From Tubiluchus corallicola (Eukaryota > Animalia > Priapulida), in assembly GCA_030141605.1 (NCBI GenBank), contig JAQGDQ010001560.1, positions 1 through 34,721 on the forward strand: DNA of 34,721 bases, given 5' to 3'. The position numbers were made by a program, and so were the translations under genes. Under the pieces are notes generated by a model. That model ran no database searches and was not told the origin of the DNA. It was given only the letters and a program-made list of their open reading frames with translations. Below are positions 26,088 to 34,721 of the stretch, piece after piece. Position 1 is the first letter of the stretch; every line of letters begins with the position of its first letter.

Positions 26088-26705
26088 TGAATTGTGAACT
26101 TTGGAACTGGTTGGCTAGATGCTTTAACTCAGAGACTTAATAACCTGGACCTTAGTAACCAAGACGCTAAGTAATTGAGGACTTCGAAACTCAGCAGTGA
26201 ATTGTGAACTTTGGAACTGGTGGACTGACGCTTTAACTCAGAGACTTAATAACCTGGACCTTAGTAACCAAGACGCTAAGTAATTGAGGACTTCGAAACT
26301 CAGCAGTGAATTGTGAACTTTGGAACTGGTTGGCTTGATGCTTTAACTCAGAGACTTAATAACCTGGACCTTAGTAACCAAGACGCTAAGTAATTGAGAA
26401 CTTCGAAACTCAGCAGTGAATTGTGAACTTTGGAACGGGTGGACTGACGCTTTAACTCAGAGACTTAATAACCTGGACCTTAGTAACCAAGACGCTAAGT
26501 AATTGAGGACTTCGAAACTCAGCAGTGAATTGTGAACTTTGGAACTGGTGGCCTGACGCTTTAACTCAGAGACTTAATAACCTGGACCTTAGTAACCAAG
26601 ACGCTAAGTAATTGAGGACTTCGAAACTCAGCAGTGAATTGTGAACTTTGGAACTGGTGGCCTGACGCTTTAACTCAGAGACTTAGTAACCTGGACTTTA
26701 GTAAC
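26088..26705. repeat. 109/110-bp tandem repeat, ~5.6 copies
   Basis: TGAATTGTGAACTTTGG starts at 26088, 26198, 26307, 26417, 26526 and 26635. Confidence 0.96.
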
Positions 26706-27400
26706 TCTGATGCTTACTAATATGGATTCTTAATAGCTGCATTAGCATTAGTAACTTAGTCGTTTGAGAACTCAAACATCCTGTAGCCCAAACAGTTGGT
26801 AACTTGTCACTCTGGTAAATGTATGAAGAGGTTTTAACATAGATACTTGGTAACTGGACACTCGGAGGCCAGTTATATTTGGTATCACAATCAACTATAC
26901 TTTCGGCAACTTTGTAAACGGTTTGTCAGTTGGACATCTTGAAAAAACCGAACCTTTAGCGACCTGGGAACTTGGTATCCTAGGCCTTTTCGTGTTTGGT
27001 AACCTGGTTGGGAATTCGTAACCTGAACACTTGGTAATCCACGAACTTGGTATTTAAACATTTGAAACAGTATGGGGACCATACATTAAGGCTATTGGAG
27101 CTTAGTAATTGCATGTACATATATAACTTCATTAACGATAAATATATAAATAAATTAACGAACAATAAAATATAAGTTACAACATATACAGAATAAACAG
27201 ATTACACAAAAGTACCAACACTCATAAACTTGGTAACCCGATCATTTTGTAGCCAACAGATAAACATAGATGCATTTGTAATTCAGACACTTAGTAACTC
27301 AAACATTTGATAACATTTAGTATAATTTTTTTGCAACGTCAACATTGATACACCTGGATTACCTGGACAGTTGGTATATCTATGAAGAGTTTGTAAATTG

Positions 27401-27476
27401 GTTGCCTAGTAACCCAAGCAATTGCTGACCCGTGTATTTAGTAAGCTGGGCCCATGGAAACCGGTTGCTTGGTAAC
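27401..27476 (+). promoter_or_regulatory. Cluster of RFX X-box-like motifs directly upstream of ATG 27488
   Basis: GTTGCCTAGTAAC at 27401..27413, CCCATGGAAAC at 27451..27461, GTTGCTTGGTAAC at 27464..27476. Caveat: the surrounding DNA is rich in GTAAC from a decayed repeat. Confidence 0.5.
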
Positions 27477-27487
27477 GCGCATGAAAC

Positions 27488-27682
27488 ATGACGCGGACAT
27501 TTGATGACGTAGATAATTATTTGAGCAGACACTTGTTTAAAGTTGATAAAGACAGAAGCATTTTGTGCAAGAGACTTCAGGGAAGTCAGAAGGTCATCAT
27601 CAAAGGAATCGACTCTCAAGCCAGTTACTCTCAAGATGTCTATGACATGGAAGGCATGCTTGACGTGGACAAGCCTGTTAAG
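27488..27682 (+). CDS. Putative first coding exon (65 codons) of an unidentified gene
   Basis: AAACATG start, coding-like composition (MTRTFDDVDNYLSRHLFKVDKD...LDVDKPVK), donor AAG|GTTAGT at 27683 (phase 0). No homology recognised. Confidence 0.45.
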
Positions 27683-28322
27683 GTTAGTGTTGTTTTCTGC
27701 AAAAGTAACAAATTCTGCCAATAACTAATAAGATACTTTTTAATGCATTCTGCATTCGCTTATCTAGATATTATTTGTAATGATAGTTAAATAAAAAGAA
27801 ACGTTAGTTAAAATGCTATAACCAAAAACACTATAGTAAAATATGGCGGAAAAAATGGCGTCCACAATAGCACGTTTTGGGATATTCTACTAAATATAAT
27901 CGTCCAAAGTTTACTATATAATCCAACATGGTTTAAATAGCCCGAAGAAGGGCTTAGACTCACCCCCTACACCCCAACTTATATGTACAGCAACATCTTA
28001 ATTTGGAAATTTAGTATTATCAGATATCTAGTAAATCAAAAATTTGATAACCCATGAATATTTGCAACTTAGTGCGTTCCTAATTTAGACATTACATTTT
28101 GGAAACCTGGATAATTCAGGATAGTTGATTACAATATAAATACTTGTGTATGGATATTTGTAGCAGGCTTTTGACAATTCGGACGCTTAATGACTGCACG
28201 TGAACCTGTATTAACTAAGATATCTGGTAACTAAGACGCATATTATATCAAGAACATGGTAAATGTGACATTTTGTAACCCAAACATTTAGTGACTGTAT
28301 AAAAGCTATTCAGATGGATGTC

Positions 28323-31300
28323 GTCTGCCCACTAAGCTGAGACAGTCTGCACACTAAGCTAAGACAGTCTGTACACTAAGCTGAGGCAATCTGCACACTA
28401 TGCTGAGACAGTCTGCACACTAAGCTGAGACAGTCTGCACACTAAGCTGAGACACTCTGCACACTAAGCTGAGACACTCTGCACACTAAGCTGAGACAGT
28501 CTGCACACTATGCTGAGACAGTCTGCACACTAAGCTGAGACAGTCTGCACACTAAGCTGAGACACTCTGCACACTAAGCTGAGACACTCTGCACACTAAG
28601 CTGAGACAGTCTGCACACCAAGCTGAGACACTCTGCACACTAAGCTGAGACACTCTGCACACTAAGCTGAGACAGTCTGCATACCAAGCTGAGACACTCT
28701 GCACACTAAGCTGAGACAGTCTGCACACTAAGCTAAGACAGTCTGCACACTAAGCTGAGACAGTCTGCACACCATGCTGAGACAGTCTGCACACTAAGCT
28801 GAGACAGTCTGCACACTAAGCTGAGACAGTCTGCACACTAAGCTGAGACAGTCTGCCCACTAAGCTGAGACACTCTGCACACTAAGCTGAGACAGTCTGA
28901 ACACTAAGCTGAGACAGTCTGCCCACTAAGCTGAGACACTCTGCACACTAAGCTGAGACAGTCTGCACACTAAGCTGAGACACTCTGCACACTAAGCTGA
29001 GACAGTCTGTACACTAAGCTGAAACAGCTTCCACACTAAGCTGAGACAGTCTGTACACTAAGCTGAGACAGTCTGCACACCAAGCTGAGACACTCTGCAC
29101 ACTAAGCTGAGACACTCTGCACACTAAGCTGAGACAGTCTGCATACCAAGCTGAGACAGTCTGCACACTAAGCTGAGACAGTCAGCACACTAAGCTGAGA
29201 CAGTCTGCACACTAAGCTGAGACAGTCTGCACACTAAGCTGAGACAGTCTGCACACTAAGCTGAGACAGTCTGCGCACTAAGCTGAGACAGTCTGCAGAC
29301 TAAGCTGAGACACTCTGCACACTAAGCTGAGACAGTCTGCACACTAAGCTGAGACAGTCTGCACACTAAGCTGAGACAGTCTGCACACTAAGCTGAGACA
29401 GTCTGCACACTAAGCTGAGACAGTCTGCACACTAAGCTGAGACAGTCTGCACACTAAGCTGAGACAGTCTGCACACTAAGCTGAGACAGTCTGCAGACTA
29501 AGCTGAGACACTCTGCACACTAAGCTGAGACAGTCTGCACACTAAGCTGAGACAGTCTGCACACTAAGCTGAGACAGTCTGCACACGAAGCTGAGACAGT
29601 CTGCACACTAAGCTGAGACAGTCTGCACACTAAGCTGAGACAGTCTGCACACTAAGCTGAGACAGTCTGTACACTAAGCTGAGACAGCTTCCACACTAAG
29701 CTGAGACAGCTTCCACACTAAGCTGAGACAGCTTCCACACTAAGCTGAGACAGTCTGCCCACTAAGCTGAGACAGTCTGCACACTGAGCTGAGACAGTCT
29801 GCACACTAAGCTGAGACAGTCTGCACACTAAGCTGAGACAGTCTGCACACTAAGCTGAGACAGTCTGCACACTAAGCTGAGACACTCTGCACACTAAGCT
29901 GAGACACTCTGCACACTAAGCTGAGACAGTCTGTACACCAAGCTGAGACAGTCTGCACACTAAGCTGAGACAGTTTGCCCACTAAGCTGAGACAGTCTGC
30001 ACACTAAGCTGAGACACTCTGCACACTAAGCTGAGACACTCTGCACACTAAGCTGAGACAGTCTGTACACCAAGCTGAGACAGTCTGCACACTAAGCTGA
30101 GACAGTTTGCCCACTAAGCTGAGACACTCTGCACACTAAGCTGAGACAGTCTGCACACTAAGCTGAGACAGTCTGCACACTAAGCTGAGACACTCTGCAC
30201 ACTAAGCTGAGACACTCTGCACACTAAGCTGAGACAGTCTGCCCACTAAGCTGAGACACTCTGCACACTAAGCTGAGACAGTCTGCACACTAAGCTGAGA
30301 CAGTCTGCACACGAAGCTGAGACAGTCTGCACACTAAGCTGAGACAGTCTGCACACTAAGCTGAGACAGTCTGCACACTAAGCTGAGACAGTCTGCACAC
30401 TAAGCTGAGACAGTCTGCACACTAAGCTGAGACACTCTGCACACTAAGCTGAGACAGTCTGCACACTAAGCTGAGACAGTCTGCCCACTAAGCTGAGACA
30501 CTCTGCACACTAAGCTGAGACAGTCTGCACACTAAGCTGAGACAGTCTGCACACTAAGCTGAGACAGTCTGTACACTAAGCTGAAACAGCTTCCACACTA
30601 AGCTGAGACAGTCTGTACACTAAGCTGAGACAGTCTGCACACTAAGCTGAGACAGTCTGCACACTAGGCTGAGACAGTCTGCACACTAAGCTGAGACAGT
30701 CTGCACACTAAGCTGAGACAGTCTGCACACTAAGCTGAGACAGTCTGCACACTAAGCTGAGACAGTCTGCACACTAAGCTGAGACAGTCTGCACACTAAG
30801 CTGAGACAGTCTGCACACTAAGCTGAGACAGTCTGCACACTAAGCTGAGACAGTTTGCCCACTAAGCTGAGACACTCTGCACACTAAGCTGAGACAGTCT
30901 GCACACTAAGCTGAGACAGTCTGCACATGAAGCTGAGACAGTCTGCACACTAAGCTGAGACAGTCTGCACACTAAGCTGAGACACTCTGCACACTAAGCT
31001 GAGACAGTCTGCACACTAAGCTGAGACAGTCTGCACACTGAGCTGAGACGACAGTCTGCACACTAAGCTGAGACAGTCTGTACACTAAGCTGAGACAGTT
31101 TGCACACTAAGCTGAGACAGTCAGCACACTAAGCTGAGACAGTCTGCACACTAAACTGAGACAGTCTGCACACTAAGCTGAGACAGTCTGCACACTAAGC
31201 TGAGACACTCTGCACACTAAGCTGAGACAGTCTGCACACTAAGCTGAGACAGTCTGTACACTAAGCTGAGACAGTCTGCACACTAAGCTGAGACAGTCTG

Positions 31301-33177
31301 CACACTAGGCTGAGACAGTCTGCACACTAAGCTGAGACAGTCTGCACACTAAGCTGAGACACTCTGCACACTAAGCTGAGACAGTCTGCACACCAAGCTG
31401 AGACAGTCTGTACACTAAGCTGAGACAGTTTGCACACGAAGCTGAGACAGTCTGCACACTAAGCTGAGACAGTCTGCACATGAAGCTGAGACACTCTGCA
31501 CACTAAGCTGAGACACTCTGCACACTAAGCTGAGACACTCTGCACACTAAGCTGAGACAGTCTGCACACTAAGCTGAGATAGTCTGTACACCAAGCTGAG
31601 ACAGTCTGCACACTAAGCTGAGACAGTCTGCACACTAAGCTGAGACAGTCTGCACACTAAGCTGAGACAGTCTGCACACCAAGCTGAGACACTCTGCACA
31701 CTAAGCTGAGACAGTCTGCACACCAAGTTGAGACAGTCTGTACACGAAGCTGAGACAGTTTGCACACGAAGCTGAGACAGTCTGCACACGAAGCTGAGAC
31801 TGTCTGCACACTAAGCTGAGACACTCTGCACACTAAGCTGAGACACTCTGCACACTAAGCTGAGACACTCTGCACACTAAGCTGAGACAGTCTGCACACT
31901 AAGCTGAGATAGTCTGTACACCAAGCTGAGACAGTCTGCACACTAAGCTGAGACAGTCTGCACACTAAGCTGAGACAGTCTGCACACTAAGCTGAGACAG
32001 TCTGCACACTAAGCTGAGACACTCTGCACACTAAGCTGAGACAGTCTGCACACCAAGTTGAGACAGTCTGTACACGAAGCTGAGACAGTTTGCACACGAA
32101 GCTGAGACAGTCTGCACACGAAGCTGAGACTGTCTGCACACTAAGCTGAGACACTCTGCACACTAAGCTGAGACACTCTGCACACTAAGCTGAGACACTC
32201 TGCACACTAAGCTGAGACAGTCTGCACACTAAGCTGAGATAGTCTGTACACCAAGCTGAGACAGTCTGCACACTAAGCTGAGACAGTCTGCACACTAAGC
32301 TGAGACAGTCTGCACACTAAGCTGAGACAGTCTGCACACCAAGCTGAGACACTCTGCACACTAAGCTGAGACAGTCTGCACACCAAGTTGAGACAGTCTG
32401 TACACGAAGCTGAGACAGTTTGCACACGAAGCTGAGACAGTCTGCACACGAAGCTGAGACTGTCTGCACACTAAGCTGAGACACTCTGCACACTAAGCTG
32501 AGACAGTCTGCACACTAAGCTGAGACACTCTGCACACTAAGCTGAGACAGTCTGCACACGAAGCTGAGACAGTCTGCACACTAAGCTGAGACACTGTGCA
32601 CACGAAGCTGAGACAGTCTGCACACTAAGCTGAGACATCTGGTGTCGCACACTAAGCTGAGACAGTCTGCACACTAAGCTGAGACAGTCTGCACACTAAG
32701 CTGAGACAGTCTGCACACTAAGCTGAGACAGTCTGCACACTAAGCTGAGGTCTGCACACTAAGCTGAGACAGTCTGCACACTAGCTGAGACAGTCTGCAC
32801 ACTAAGCTGAGACAGTCTGCACACTAAGCTGAGACAGTCTGCACCACTAAGCTGAGACAGTCTGCACACTAAGCTGAGACAGTCTGCACACTAAGCTGAG
32901 ACAGTCTGCACACTAAGCTGAGACAGTCTGCACACTAAGCTGAGACAGTCTGCACACTAAGCTGAGACAGTCTGCACACTAAGCTGAGACAGTCTGCACA
33001 CTAAGCTGAGACAGTCTGCACACTAAGCTGAGACAGTCTGCACACTAAGCTGAGACAGTCTGCACACTAAGCTGAGACACTCTGCACACTAAGCTGAGAC
33101 ACTCTGCACACTAAGCTGAGACACTCTGCACACTAAGCTGAGACAGTCTGCACACTAAGCTGAGACAGTCTGCCCAC
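28323..33177. repeat. 22-bp satellite, ~220 copies (GACAGTCTGCACACTAAGCTGA)
   Basis: Highly homogeneous head-to-tail units over 4.85 kb. Confidence 0.99.
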
Positions 33178-33797
33178 AATAAAGGAGACAATTGTACCTG
33201 TTGACTCAACGTTTTGTAATTATTTTTAACAAGTTAGTTAGTTCTGCTACAGCAAATGTTCAACATTCCTCAGTTCTTATTACTCTTGTTAGAGAACCTG
33301 CCGATCCGTTAGATCCTCCAGAGTGCGTGTTTTAATCATTTCAGGCATCTTTCAGTTCGAACCAGTGTCTCATGAGGCGAACTTCATAAAAGTACACACT
33401 CTATGAGCACAGTGTCAACCTAATCGATTTGGTTGGATTAAAGTGTGTTTAAACCAATCGAGATCCATTTAGTCTGACCATTTAACACGGGATTTGAGAT
33501 TATAGTAAATAGTCGCGTTGAGTTATTGATCGATTTCCTAGCCACTTCTGTGTTCGATTTGGGTTAAAAGGCATTTGATAACGTTAAATTGTTGAAGATA
33601 ATGCGAGTGCTGATGTAGGACGACAGTTGGAGATCGTACAATGGGAACGCACATTGAATCGCGTTGCAAATAGATTTGTAAGCAGAATTGGAACTAGTTA
33701 ACTACGGATGTTAAACATGTCTGTATTTCCAGCAATCAAATCAGTCTAAGAACATTTAATGTCACAACAACCACACACACACACAGCAGCTTACACA

Positions 33798-34185
33798 CAG
33801 GGCCTATTTCAGGGGGGGGAGTGGGGATACTTCCCCGGGGCTTCACCCTCCAGGGAGGCCTCGCGCCAAGGTAACATTTTTATTTGCTTTATGCGAACAT
33901 ACTCCCTCCTCTCTCCCTCTCTCTCGCTCGCTCTCTCTCTCTCTCTTGCCTCACACGCGCCGTTTGCCAGTATTGACAAGTATTAAGGACTGGTCTTGAG
34001 AATAAAGCAGTTTTTCTTTCAATTGTTCTTTTCTTTAACAACTGTATAACTCCATATTTTCTCTTCGAAAATGCTTCTCCGACGTTCTGGCAGTTCAAAA
34101 ATTTTCTGCGCGCCAACCGTGGTGGCGAAAGGGGGCCTCACACGCCCCACTTCCCCGGGCCTCGCTTAGGCTGAAATAGGCCCTG
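33798..34185 (+). mobile_element. hAT-like MITE, same family as 20687..21071, opposite orientation
   Basis: Same perfect 14-bp TIRs and a perfect 8-bp TSD CTTACACA (33790..33797, 34186..34193). Confidence 0.95.
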
Positions 34186-34582
34186 CTTACACAACATACG
34201 CTAGACCGCAGGCTAACAAAGCAACAAGTTATTGAGTATTGCCATCCCAACTGATACACTATTGTTATCTAAAAATATACTCAAATGGTGTACCTTTATT
34301 TACTAACAATCCTAACAATTTTTTTCAGCTAGTACAATAGCACAAGTGAGGATAACCTTGAAGCGAAAATATAAAAATGTAATTATAATCAAGTTGCAAG
34401 ATCAGATATGACAGTAGTGTTTAGGGTATTTAGAATAACTTTCACAAAGGACATCTTTATTCGATATCTGATAAAAATACGTCAGCAGTAATAAAAAATG
34501 CAAACAAATACATTGAAATTTCATTCTGTTTGCAAAGGGAAATGAGACTTTATTACATACATACTATGTAGTAGTACCACAA

Positions 34583-34602
34583 GTAGTAGTAGTAGAAGAA
34601 AC

Positions 34603-34641
<39 letters not shown>

Positions 34642-34721
34642 TGTAGTAGTAGTTGTTGTTGTTGCTGTAGTAGTAGTTGTTGTTGTTGTTGTTGTTGTTC
34701 TTGTTGTTGTTGTTGTTGTTG
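34583..34721. repeat. (GTA)n/(GTT)n microsatellite running off the window end
   Basis: Seen directly. Confidence 0.96.

Overview
AT-rich, repeat-dense eukaryotic DNA, most likely from an invertebrate animal (inferred from the splice signals, TE types and a motile-cilia gene). The one confident complete gene is an intronless DNAAF3/PF22 dynein-assembly factor (16842..18152, minus strand), with forkhead and RFX X-box-like motifs upstream. Two further spliced first coding exons are plausible: 21792..22131 (-) and 27488..27682 (+). The left 14 kb is a large foldback: arms 1..2061 and 11769..14054, bounded by hAT-type MITEs, around a 9.7 kb spacer holding four unrelated minisatellites (41, 22, 41 and 81 bp units) and a TSD-flanked RTE-like insertion. 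The rest has several MITEs (hAT-like with 8-bp TSDs, piggyBac-like with TTAA), LINE remnants, long microsatellites, a 109/110-bp array and a 4.85 kb 22-bp satellite with a 330-bp higher-order repeat. The two best leads are the MITE-bounded foldback and the recurrence of X-box-like 14-mers in three unrelated 40/41-bp arrays flanking a ciliary gene. All comparisons were made by eye and family calls come from recall, not from searches. Nothing here is a demonstrated new system.
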